A stretch of 64,000 nt of DNA from a virus: positions 5,139-69,138 of the IMG/VR virus record IMGVR_UViG_3300025528_000005; one strand, 5' to 3'. The stretch's first letter is position 1; every line of letters starts with the position of its first letter. Shown piece by piece: positions 19,062-27,538 of this stretch. Position numbers and translations under genes: made by a program. The notes beneath the pieces are model-generated. The model was not told the DNA's origin. It did no database searches and was given only the letters and a program-made list of their open reading frames with translations.

Positions 19062-20179
19062 GCATCACACCGTTTAAACCTAATCCGACCTCCGTTTTCC
19101 ACATCCGGCACAAGTCGCCCTCCGACACCAAGATCTTCCTTGATGAATCAGGTGTCGTCGACATCTCTCGCTCCGACGTCGTGAAATACCCGATTTTCAA
19201 GAAGCAGGCAGAGGCGATGTTCTCCAACTTCTGGAAGCCTCACGAGATCGTGCTGACTCGAGATAATATCGAGTTCAACAACGAGCTCGAGCCCCACGAG
19301 CAGTTCATTTTCACTGCCAATCTAAAGCGCCAGATCATGCTGGACAGCATTCAGAGTATGGCGATGAGCCAAGCCCTCCTACCGCTTTGCTCCGACTCGA
19401 TGGTCAAGCGCTGCATTAACTACATCGAGTTCTTTGAGGAACTGCACGCTAGCGCCTACGAGCATATCGTCCGAAACGTTTACAACGACCCGACGGCGGT
19501 CTTCGACGAGATGCGGGAGATTGAGCCGATTGTGACCTGCGGCAGGGACATTGCCCGCTACTACGACGATCTGATCCTTGAGATCTCGAAGTACCGTCTC
19601 GGCCAGACGTCGACGCACAACGTCAAGCGAAAGCTGTGGCTCTGCCTCAATTCGATCAACGCCCTTGAGGGTATTCGGTTCTTCGGTAGCTTTAGCAATA
19701 CCTTCGCTTTCGGCAACACCGGACGCATGGTGGGCAATGCTAGCGAGCTTAAGCTGATCGCCGGCGATGAGCTTCTGCACCAGGCCTTCACCACCGCCCT
19801 GATTCGCACGCTGCCGGAGGACGATGAAGAGTTTGTAGACATCAGCCAGGACTGCCGGGAAGAGGTGATTCACATCTTCATGGAGACAGAGAAGCAGGAG
19901 AAGGATTTTGCTAAGTTCAAGTATCAGCACGGTTCGCTGATCGGAATGAACGAAATCATAGAATGCCAGTATCTTTCCTGGATCACTGCTAAACGCATGC
20001 GGGCCGTTGGCCTGGCCTATCCCGGAGAGGCTCCGCGGACCAACCCGATTCCCTGGATGGGTAAGTGGCTGAACGAAGGGGACTTTCAACCAGCCCCGCA
20101 GGAAACGGAGATCACCAGCTACGTTCAGAATGTCCAGGCCGACGTCTCCGCGGACACCTTTGCGGGGTTCGAGCTGTGA
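19058..20179 (+). CDS. nrdB: Ribonucleotide reductase class Ia beta subunit
   Basis: FWKPHE; LDSIQ; EELHASAY; LEGIRFFGSF; DELLH; APQETEITSY. Confidence 0.96.
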   Translation: MSITPFKPNPTSVFHIRHKSPSDTKIFLDESGVVDISRSDVVKYPIFKKQAEAMFSNFWKPHEIVLTRDNIEFNNELEPHEQFIFTANLKRQIMLDSIQSMAMSQALLPLCSDSMVKRCINYIEFFEELHASAYEHIVRNVYNDPTAVFDEMREIEPIVTCGRDIARYYDDLILEISKYRLGQTSTHNVKRKLWLCLNSINALEGIRFFGSFSNTFAFGNTGRMVGNASELKLIAGDELLHQAFTTALIRTLPEDDEEFVDISQDCREEVIHIFMETEKQEKDFAKFKYQHGSLIGMNEIIECQYLSWITAKRMRAVGLAYPGEAPRTNPIPWMGKWLNEGDFQPAPQETEITSYVQNVQADVSADTFAGFEL

Positions 20180-20437
20180 ACCTCACCGAGTTGACGCAGG
20201 TCCTGCATTCGATCTGGGGACCTGCGTCGATCAAACCGAAAACCATCACACTCTACCGCGCACAGAACATCGGAAAAACATGCCTGACGTACAACAATCT
20301 CCTCTTGTACCTGCACCTCCTGCATCCCTACCCGACCCCGACTGGGGCAAGGTGAAGGACCTCGCGGTGAATCATATCGATCGCCTCGATGCTGGCCGAC
20401 GTCTCCGCGGACACCTTTGCGGGGTTCGAGCTATGAA
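20137..20437 (+). repeat. 44-bp direct repeat duplicating the nrdB 3' end
   Basis: 20137-20180 vs 20394-20437, one mismatch. Confidence 0.9.
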
Positions 20438-20500
20438 GGTTCAACCATGCGTAGTTCAATATTCTCTGATTTCTTGATCGATGGGATCGAAGGCTACTGA

Positions 20501-21037
20501 GTGGAACAAAAGTACTCAATAGGCATTGACCCTGGCTGGAAGAATCTCGGTCTGGCTATCGTAAAAGAAGACGAGAGCGGATTGGCTCTCGTCCTTAGCC
20601 AGACTTTGAATCCGTCCAGCCGGGGTCTTCATAAGGCCGTGCATGATATAAAGAGTATCATTCAACAAGCAACCTCCTCTGTCGCTCCGATACCGGCCGC
20701 CATAGAGCGATACGTCAGCTATAATAACGTACTCACCGCTGAATCCGAGAACATTCTAATGCTCATCGGAGGGGTGAGCTGCATGCTTGAGGACGCCGGC
20801 TGTCCAGTGTTTCTCCATCGGGCAATCGATTGGAAAATGGAGCTTGTGAAGCTTCTGGTAAAGAACAAAGGTTTCGATAATCCAAGCTCAACGCTTGACA
20901 AGAAGTTCAGCGTCGCTGCGGCCAAAGCATGCCTTGACGTACAAGGAGAATTCAATGACCACCATGAAGCAGACGCTATCTGCCTGGCTTCAGTCTGCCT
21001 GCTTAAGGACCGTTACGCCAAAAATCGAAGCCGCTAA
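20501..21037 (+). CDS. ruvC: RuvC-like Holliday junction resolvase
   Basis: IGIDPG..NLG; AIE; HHEADAICLA. Confidence 0.85.
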   Translation: MEQKYSIGIDPGWKNLGLAIVKEDESGLALVLSQTLNPSSRGLHKAVHDIKSIIQQATSSVAPIPAAIERYVSYNNVLTAESENILMLIGGVSCMLEDAGCPVFLHRAIDWKMELVKLLVKNKGFDNPSSTLDKKFSVAAAKACLDVQGEFNDHHEADAICLASVCLLKDRYAKNRSR

Positions 21038-21344
21038 ATCTCGTCTCCGTGGACATGTCGATACGTTCTTCGAATCAATCTGCGAAAACACGATCTATCC
21101 TCTTGTCCCAGCTCCTCCAAGGTTAGAACCGTCTGAGACAACGAAATATCTATTTGCGATTTTGAAGCCGAAATTCAACTCGAAAACCGATCTTTTGTTG
21201 ATCTCTGAGGATCAGCTAGACGAGGCCACGTATTTCGATGATGATGAGTGGCTATCGGAAATCTCTGATCACATGATTGTTCTTAGCAACGATCTGAAGA
21301 ACGTCGCAATCGTTCGCGCCGGATACTCTGGCGGTCTTTTTTAA
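20895..21344 (+). CDS. Hypothetical protein (start uncertain)
   Basis: ORF overlapping the ruvC 3' end; AGGAG-ATG near 20955. Confidence 0.55.
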   Translation: MTRSSASLRPKHALTYKENSMTTMKQTLSAWLQSACLRTVTPKIEAAKSRLRGHVDTFFESICENTIYPLVPAPPRLEPSETTKYLFAILKPKFNSKTDLLLISEDQLDEATYFDDDEWLSEISDHMIVLSNDLKNVAIVRAGYSGGLF

Positions 21345-21479
21345 TTCCAGACTTTTTATCTACTTTCCATTTCAAAGTTCTGTTCTGGTATAAGTGAAGC
21401 GGAAGGAATCATGACTCCTTCCGTTTCCGTTTTTATGCCGGGACGATTTCCCTGCGCGTCAATTTCATTGAGGAGTATT

Positions 21480-23267
21480 ATGAGCGAAGCCGGGTCACCT
21501 AACCTCAAATCTGTACCTCCACCGCTTCAAATTACGAAAGAAGGCAAGTCGAAAATAGAGGTATCGAAAACTGAAATCATTGATCGCGGCAAAGAAGGCA
21601 AATTCATTTTTGCACCACACGCCGTGCGTCATCATATTTACACCTATCTTGGAATTGATTATCTCTTTCCAGAGCGATACTTGGACGTTGACGAAGCAGG
21701 TCTAAGGTCGGATTATGATCGTCGTCAAGTCAAGAACTACAATACGATCCCGGTTCTCACCGTAATCTTGCGTATCGACGAGATTAAACAGGAGCTCGAT
21801 GAATACGGGTATGGTGATCTCGATGAATCGCAACGCAAAGAGTTGCGTAATTTCATTCAGATTGTTGAGAACGAGAAACATCTTCTGAAAGAGAAGTTTG
21901 GCGCAGAAGGGGTTCCGACCGAAGTCGCTGCAGAGGAGCTTGCTCTCATACTCAATAGCCCCGGCCTTGCTTTTGCCTATCACGACGGAGAAGAAGTCTT
22001 TGGCTTTATCAGTAAATCAGCCTCCATTCGTGCCGATCTATTCGGTAAACATATCGACGTTCAAGGAAGGATTCACGCTAGTTTCGGGGAAGGAATTTCG
22101 GCGATAATATACAACTTCAAAATTCCGTACTTCGAGGGCTACAAGAGCCTTAAGGAGATCGGGATATCGATGCTTTCCTCCGACAAGAAGACGTTCGATT
22201 ATCTGGTTCAACGAGGTAAGAAGTACGTTGACCTTGTATCGAAGCCTTCTTATCGCCACTACAGCGGAACGATCGCTCGTCGAAGCTGGTGGACTACTCA
22301 CAAGTTCAAGGCCGATGGACGAGTAATGGTGGACATTGCCGCCATGCGTAATATCGATCCGGACTACAATGCGTATTTCGGATGGAGGCGTTTTGAACCT
22401 AGTGACCAGAACCGACCGAACGGTCTGACCGAGTTCACGAACGAGCAGTACATTTCGATGCCTCCTTACGTCTACGGGTTCTCCTTCACCTCTAAGGTAT
22501 GGGGAGAGATGACCGTAGACTCCATCTCGGACATCGTTTTCCGCGAGGATGCCTACGACATGTTGGTGATGGACGAAGATCGAAAGAGCATGATCTTCGC
22601 TCTTGTCGACAATAGCATCTCGGGAGCCAAGGACTTCATTGATGGTAAAGGTGGCGGCTGCATCTTTCTGTTAGCCGGACCGCCTGGGGGCGGCAAAACC
22701 CTCACAGCGGAAGCCATTGCCGAAAGATTGAAGCGGCCGCTCTACATGGTCGGAGTCGGTGAGCTCGGCACCGATGTTCAGTCGCTCGAGGAAAGTCTGC
22801 GTAAGATCCTTGACGTGGCAACCACCTGGAATGCCGTACTCTTGATCGACGAGTGCGACATCTTCATGGAAGAGCGGACAGATATGGATGTGCATCGCAA
22901 TGCCATGGTCGGGGTATTCCTGCGTTTGCTGGAATATTACGAAGGGGTGCTATTCCTCACGACCAACCGGGCTAAGAACATCGATAAGGCGTTCTACTCC
23001 CGGATCAGCATGGCGCTGCACTACGCTCCGTTGAAGACCGACGATCGCAAGATCGTGTGGAGCAACCTGCTGAAGATCTACGGCATCGAAGGGATCGACG
23101 TCGACACTCTAGCGAAACACGAGCTCAACGGCCGCAAGATCAAAGGTGTGATCCGAATCGCCAAGGCTCTAGCTGCGGCAGAGAATCGAAATCCTGAACT
23201 GCGCGACTTCGAGCGAGTGATCGAGCGAGAGCAGGAGTTCAAGGAAGCTGTTGGATACGACATCTAA
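21480..23267 (+). CDS. AAA+ ATPase
   Basis: GAGGAG RBS; GPPGGGKTLTAE Walker A; LLIDECD Walker B; LTTNR..D.AF.SRI second region of homology. Confidence 0.9.
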   Translation: MSEAGSPNLKSVPPPLQITKEGKSKIEVSKTEIIDRGKEGKFIFAPHAVRHHIYTYLGIDYLFPERYLDVDEAGLRSDYDRRQVKNYNTIPVLTVILRIDEIKQELDEYGYGDLDESQRKELRNFIQIVENEKHLLKEKFGAEGVPTEVAAEELALILNSPGLAFAYHDGEEVFGFISKSASIRADLFGKHIDVQGRIHASFGEGISAIIYNFKIPYFEGYKSLKEIGISMLSSDKKTFDYLVQRGKKYVDLVSKPSYRHYSGTIARRSWWTTHKFKADGRVMVDIAAMRNIDPDYNAYFGWRRFEPSDQNRPNGLTEFTNEQYISMPPYVYGFSFTSKVWGEMTVDSISDIVFREDAYDMLVMDEDRKSMIFALVDNSISGAKDFIDGKGGGCIFLLAGPPGGGKTLTAEAIAERLKRPLYMVGVGELGTDVQSLEESLRKILDVATTWNAVLLIDECDIFMEERTDMDVHRNAMVGVFLRLLEYYEGVLFLTTNRAKNIDKAFYSRISMALHYAPLKTDDRKIVWSNLLKIYGIEGIDVDTLAKHELNGRKIKGVIRIAKALAAAENRNPELRDFERVIEREQEFKEAVGYDI

Positions 23268-23589
23268 CAGGGTTGAAAGCAGGGTCTGCGTACCCTGTTT
23301 TCAACTCCAAACTCCTTGTTTGGTATAAGTAAGATGCGGGAAGGATACGTCTTATCCCTCCCTCCTTGTTTATCCTGGAGAAGTACGTGGATCTGAGAAC
23401 AGCAATTTTTGAGATGTTCAAGCTCTCTCCGAGCGCCGTTCTTCTATCCGTGCCTGATCTCTGTGACAAGAAACGCAGTAGGATGGCAGTAGATCGCAAA
23501 GGGAGGTTCGTTAAGATCCACTATCGAATGCGCCGACGTTCGATAGAACAAAGGGTGATATAATTCGGTATAATTCGCCGTAACTCAAC

Positions 23590-23666
23590 GCGGGCGTAGC
23601 TCAGTTGGTAGAAGCTTCTGCCTTCCAAGCAGAATGTCGTCGGTTCGAATCCGATCGCCCGCTCCA
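23590..23666 (+). tRNA. tRNA-Gly(TCC)
   Basis: Cloverleaf; TCTGC-CTTCCAA-GCAGA; CCA. Confidence 0.93.
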
Positions 23667-23673
23667 ATCATTA

Positions 23674-23749
23674 GCTGGAATAGCTCAGTCGGTAGAGCGC
23701 CGCACTTGTAATGCGGATGTCGTGGGTTCGATTCCTACTTCCAGCACCA
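23674..23749 (+). tRNA. tRNA-Thr(TGT)
   Basis: Cloverleaf; CCGCA-CTTGTAA-TGCGG; CCA. Confidence 0.95.
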
Positions 23750-23815
23750 GGTTCTGTCGAGGTTCGACTTCCTGTTACCTCGACAATCAATTCATATCCC
23801 TGAAAGGAGCTAATC

Positions 23816-23980
23816 ATGGCCAAAGCCAAAATCACTTACCGTGTTGGTTGCCAAATACATGGTTCCCCCAGCAAGGCGACGAACCAGTTCAAGGATGTGA
23901 AGGTGCCTATGCCTCTGAATAAGCGCGAACGACTGCACGGCGGTTGTCCGTTCTGCAAATCAGGCGCTCCGGCTTCTTGA
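23816..23980 (+). CDS. 54-aa putative zinc-binding microprotein (below the ORF-track cutoff)
   Basis: AAAGGAG RBS; MAKAKITYRVGCQIH...GGCPFCKSGAPAS. Confidence 0.7.
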   Translation: MAKAKITYRVGCQIHGSPSKATNQFKDVKVPMPLNKRERLHGGCPFCKSGAPAS

Positions 23981-23982
23981 CA

Positions 23983-24150
23983 ATGCCCAAACAACGAAAA
24001 CTGCGAGTCAAGCTACCCGCCCTTAAGCCTCGCAACAAAGCGCTTAACGATCTCCTGATGGCGAAATCCAAGCGAGGTGGCTCGCATAAGGACAAGCGTC
24101 GGGAGATCAACGAACGAGAGCTCCAGAAGAAACTGAAGGAGCTCGAGTAG
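23983..24150 (+). CDS. Small basic protein
   Basis: MPKQRKLRV..GGSHKDKRR; directly follows the previous ORF. Confidence 0.65.
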   Translation: MPKQRKLRVKLPALKPRNKALNDLLMAKSKRGGSHKDKRREINERELQKKLKELE

Positions 24151-24156
24151 CTTTAT

Positions 24157-24441
24157 GGTCCCGGGGTAGCGCCCCGAAGGGAACGCTGGCACTCGAAAAG
24201 GGACCGGGTTGATCTCCGGGAGGATATCGAGAAAGCGGCTAGTACCTGGACTGCCATCATGGCTGTGCCTGGATAGGGGCTGCATCCCCTAAGTGCCGTG
24301 CAGGGCTACCTCGTGGAGGGCCGGGCACAGCCATGATGGTGAATCTGCGATACGCGTGTCGCAAGCTGCGTGACCTAGGCACGAGGCGTTTAGTAGCCGG
24401 TGGAGGAACCCCATCAAGCCGGAGATCAGCACCGGCCACCA
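24157..24441 (+). ncRNA. Unknown structured RNA ending in ACCA
   Basis: 19-bp stem 24254-72/24321-39; 12-bp stem 24208-19/24419-30; further hairpins; possible pseudoknot; no credible ORF. Confidence 0.65.
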
Positions 24442-24487
24442 TCAAACTTCTTCATCTTCAAATTCATTTTCACAAGGAGCATTTCTC

Positions 24488-25291
24488 ATGGCAAAGCTGC
24501 ATGAAGTCCTAGCTGTTGAAGCCGATCTCGAGGGTAAGGCCCGCCGCGTTACCGACGAAGCCACGACGACGTTCAAATCGAAACCTCATCTGTTCCAGGG
24601 CAAGATCCGTACCCTCGAGCTCTTTCAAGGCGATGACGAAGTGTCGAAGAAGGCTGCGGAAGATGCCGAACGCCAAGAGCAGGTCCTGGTAACCACTGTT
24701 CACGACAAGCTCGCCTATGTTTGGCAGTCGCTAGTTGCCTACTGGGATGCCGTGGCTCAAAAGGAGGCGACCAACCAAACAGCCAAGGCTGACGTGATTG
24801 TGAACGGCACGACGATTATGAAGGATGTGCCCGTAACGTTCCTGCTGTCGCTGGAGTCGAAGCTCAAAACCTTGCGATCGATCTACGAGGCCATTCCGAC
24901 GCTCGAACCGAACATTCAGTGGGCGGACGCTCCGGATGTAGGCCCCAACGTCAAGCGAGCTCCGACGGTGTCGACTTTGAAAACGGCGAAGACCATCGAC
25001 TACCGTATCGTTGCACCGGCTACCGATAAGCACCAGGCTCAGATTGACAAGGTCGAAAAGACGGTCAACGTCGGAGTCTACAAGCAAACCGTGACTTCAG
25101 GCCTTGTCACTCCGGCTCAGAAATCCTCTTGGCTTGGCCGAATCGATGAGTTGATCCGTGCTGTGAAGCAGGCCCGTCAGCGTGCCAACGAAGCTCCGAT
25201 TGTGTCGGTGAACTACGCCAATGCTCTCGTCCGTTACATTCACGGTGATGAGCTGGCAGGGGCTGCCGGCGAGAATGCATCGGCTACATGA
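24488..25291 (+). CDS. Unknown helical/coiled-coil protein associated with flanking ncRNAs
   Basis: AAGGAG RBS; 267 aa; heptad-like N- and C-terminal helices. Confidence 0.85.
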   Translation: MAKLHEVLAVEADLEGKARRVTDEATTTFKSKPHLFQGKIRTLELFQGDDEVSKKAAEDAERQEQVLVTTVHDKLAYVWQSLVAYWDAVAQKEATNQTAKADVIVNGTTIMKDVPVTFLLSLESKLKTLRSIYEAIPTLEPNIQWADAPDVGPNVKRAPTVSTLKTAKTIDYRIVAPATDKHQAQIDKVEKTVNVGVYKQTVTSGLVTPAQKSSWLGRIDELIRAVKQARQRANEAPIVSVNYANALVRYIHGDELAGAAGENASAT

Positions 25292-25337
25292 ATCGTCACT
25301 TGATCTGGTGAAGTAACGATTCTATAATTTGTACTTC

Positions 25338-25641
25338 TTGGACAAGCTTAGCGTCAGTCTCAGCTTCATGCCAGTCAAAGAATCGGCCGTTACTGATTCC
25401 TGTTACCCCGTTACCGATTCTTGTTACCTGGCTCAGTTTCAGTCTATCGCCAAGACAAGCTCATAGAAAAGTCGTGAAAAGGAACGATGCACGTATCTTT
25501 CCGGAAGGTCCTTGGTTCAAGTCCAAGCTCTCCAGCCTAAGCACATTGAAAGAGGCAGTGTGCTTTGGTGGAGAGTAGCTCAGTGGCAGAGCGTCCGTAA
25601 TCAGCAAAGTGCGTGCAGTTGATTCTGACAGAAGACTTTTC
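25338..25641 (+). ncRNA. ncRNA with G..TCA repeats and a circularly permuted tRNA-like (YrlA-like) domain
   Basis: T-arm 25511-27, acceptor 3' strand 25528-34, closing hairpin, acceptor 5' strand 25569-75, D-arm 25578-92; long basal stems; TATAAT at 25323. Confidence 0.8.
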
Positions 25642-25844
25642 GAAGGTACGCCATAATTGGCAATCGACTTTTACTCGATCTCATAAACCTGACCGAGGCA
25701 GGGAGTGGGCTATACTCCCTGACCTCACTAAACCCCATTCCAACGAGGTGAGACAAAGTGAGTGGTGTTTAGTGAGGTTATTTCGATACCTCAGTTCCCC
25801 TCCCGCCCCGGCCCTCCGGGGCTTTCCTTTTGTAGGAGTCTTAC

Positions 25845-26651
25845 ATGAACCAATCCAAGTTCCTGAATCGCATGTTCCGCAAGGTTAATGGCGTTGTGTG
25901 GGATCTGGCCTCCAACAGCATGGGTCTCCAGAATACCAACGGCATCTATACCTTGAACCAGCGGACGGTCGAGCGTGAAAATCAACCGGCCGAAACGGTG
26001 TTCACCGTCAATGTCAACCCCTTCGATGCGTTTGGTCTGCCTGTTCCTGCCTTTGCTCAGCTGACCAAGCTGGAAGACGTTTCGGTTGGCGATATCGTCG
26101 TCGGTGACAAGGGTGCGCTCGGCTGGGTGACCAAGAAGCACGCTCGCTCGTTGGAACTGATGGATCAGAACGGCATGACGAAGAACTACACGCCTCCGAA
26201 GGTCTCTGTCATGGACATGGATGGCGCTCTCGTCGTGAAGTCCCTGACGGGTCTGTTTGGCCAACAAGGAGGTGCTGGCTTTTCCAACGCCCTGCTCCCC
26301 CTGGTTCTGGCCGGGGGCGACAACCTGGACGACCTGCTGCCGCTGCTGCTTCTCACGCAACAGCAAGCCGGTGACAACCCCAACGCCCTGGCCCAGGCTC
26401 TGCCGACGATCTTGATGGTCAAGACGCTGTCGGACAAGTCCGGTAATGCTCGTCTGAATGACCTGCTTCTGCCGATGATCCTGTCGGGTAACTTCGGTGG
26501 CAACGCTGGCGGCTTTAATCCGATGCTGTTGCTGGCTCTGAACGGCGAAGGCTTCGGCAACGTCCAGTCGCAGTTCATTGCCGGCGGCGCTCCGGCTCTG
26601 CAAGCCCGTCAGCTGACCCCTCCCCCGCTGACCATCCGTCAACGGAGCTAA
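25845..26651 (+). CDS. Hypothetical protein with Gly/Leu/Asn-rich C-terminus
   Basis: AGGAG RBS; 268 aa; followed by a terminator. Confidence 0.85.
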   Translation: MNQSKFLNRMFRKVNGVVWDLASNSMGLQNTNGIYTLNQRTVERENQPAETVFTVNVNPFDAFGLPVPAFAQLTKLEDVSVGDIVVGDKGALGWVTKKHARSLELMDQNGMTKNYTPPKVSVMDMDGALVVKSLTGLFGQQGGAGFSNALLPLVLAGGDNLDDLLPLLLLTQQQAGDNPNALAQALPTILMVKTLSDKSGNARLNDLLLPMILSGNFGGNAGGFNPMLLLALNGEGFGNVQSQFIAGGAPALQARQLTPPPLTIRQRS

Positions 26652-26657
26652 GCAGCT

Positions 26658-26688
26658 AAAGAAAGCGGGGTTCGCTCCGCTTTCTTTT
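26658..26688 (+). terminator. Intrinsic terminator
   Basis: AAAGAAAGCGG-loop-CCGCTTTCTTTT. Confidence 0.8.
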
Positions 26689-26775
26689 AGTCATTGGAAG
26701 CTGGTAGAATTGGTATAAGTAAGTCGGAGGCAATGGCAAATATTGCCTACTCTTATTTTTGGCACTGAGGTTGAT

Positions 26776-26847
26776 ATGAGTTGGCCCGACGCTTGTGTCT
26801 ACATTGCAATAGTCATCGCTGTTGCGTGGATGTTTGTTAAATCATAA
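26776..26847 (+). CDS. 23-aa single-TM micropeptide
   Basis: GAGG RBS; MSWPDACVYIAIVIAVAWMFVKS; follows promoter 26710. Confidence 0.55.
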   Translation: MSWPDACVYIAIVIAVAWMFVKS

Positions 26848-26872
26848 TTTGTGTTAAACTTAGGTTCTCAGC

Positions 26873-26962
26873 GGAAGAGTGGCCGAGTGGTTTAAGGCAG
26901 CGGTCTTGAAAATCGTCGAGCCCTGACAGGCTCCGTGAGTTCGAATCTCACCTCTTCCGCCA
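26873..26962 (+). tRNA. tRNA-Ser(TGA)
   Basis: Cloverleaf with long variable arm; CTTGAAA loop; CCA. Confidence 0.93.
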
Positions 26963-26972
26963 ATCGGTTATA

Positions 26973-27049
26973 CGGAGCGTAGCGCAGCCTGGTAGCGCAT
27001 CTGCTTTGGGAGCAGAGGGTCGTCAGTTCGAGTCTGACCGCTCCGACCA
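26973..27049 (+). tRNA. tRNA-Pro(TGG)
   Basis: CGGAGCG acceptor; TTTGGGA loop; CCA. Confidence 0.95.
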
Positions 27050-27062
27050 TTATCCTCACTGC

Positions 27063-27147
27063 GCACCTGTGGCGTAATTGGTAGCCGCGCTAGGTTGAGG
27101 GCCTAGTGTCGAAAGACGTGTCAGTTCGAGTCTGACCAGGTGCACCA
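27063..27147 (+). tRNA. tRNA-Leu(GAG)
   Basis: CTAGG-TTGAGGG-CCTAG; variable arm; CCA. Confidence 0.93.
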
Positions 27148-27169
27148 AATCAGTTTCAAAGGAGCAATT

Positions 27170-27454
27170 TTGTACAAGACTCGTAAGTCCAGTATCAAAG
27201 ACTATCTCGTCATGACCTTAGCCGCTATCGGAATCACTGGCGGCTTTGCCCTATTCCTCGCACTCATTCTTCTCGGACCGATCCTAGGTGCCCTCCTGTG
27301 GCCCTACACGGTCAACGCCTGGCTGGTCTATACAGGAAAAGAACCGGTCTTTCTCTGGTGGTATGGGGCTCTTCTTGGCTTCCTCCCCTTCCTGAACCCT
27401 ATCATCATCGTCGGTTCGATCGGTACCTTCATCGCAATGATGTTTCTGACCTAA
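27170..27454 (+). CDS. Small membrane protein
   Basis: GGAG RBS before TTG; several hydrophobic helices. Confidence 0.75.
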   Translation: MYKTRKSSIKDYLVMTLAAIGITGGFALFLALILLGPILGALLWPYTVNAWLVYTGKEPVFLWWYGALLGFLPFLNPIIIVGSIGTFIAMMFLT

Positions 27455-27538
27455 AGGATTCCACCATGATCAACCACCATTTCTCCAACTTCTCCACGCT
27501 GGGACTCAGAGTTCTAAGTCCCCCAACCAGGAGAAACT

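Noticed and set aside
16125-20179. Introns, inteins or homing endonucleases in nrdA/nrdB
   Set aside because: Both are continuous and normal in length; the intervening small ORFs lack HNH/GIY-YIG motifs
25466-25641. Two-piece permuted tmRNA or a functional permuted tRNA
   Set aside because: It has a full D-arm, no Ala identity (G3-U70), no encoded CCA after the acceptor, no anticodon loop and no tag frame
25613-25888. ORF 25613-25888 and ORFs overlapping tRNAs (15213, 23605)
   Set aside because: Overlap RNA structures and lack an RBS
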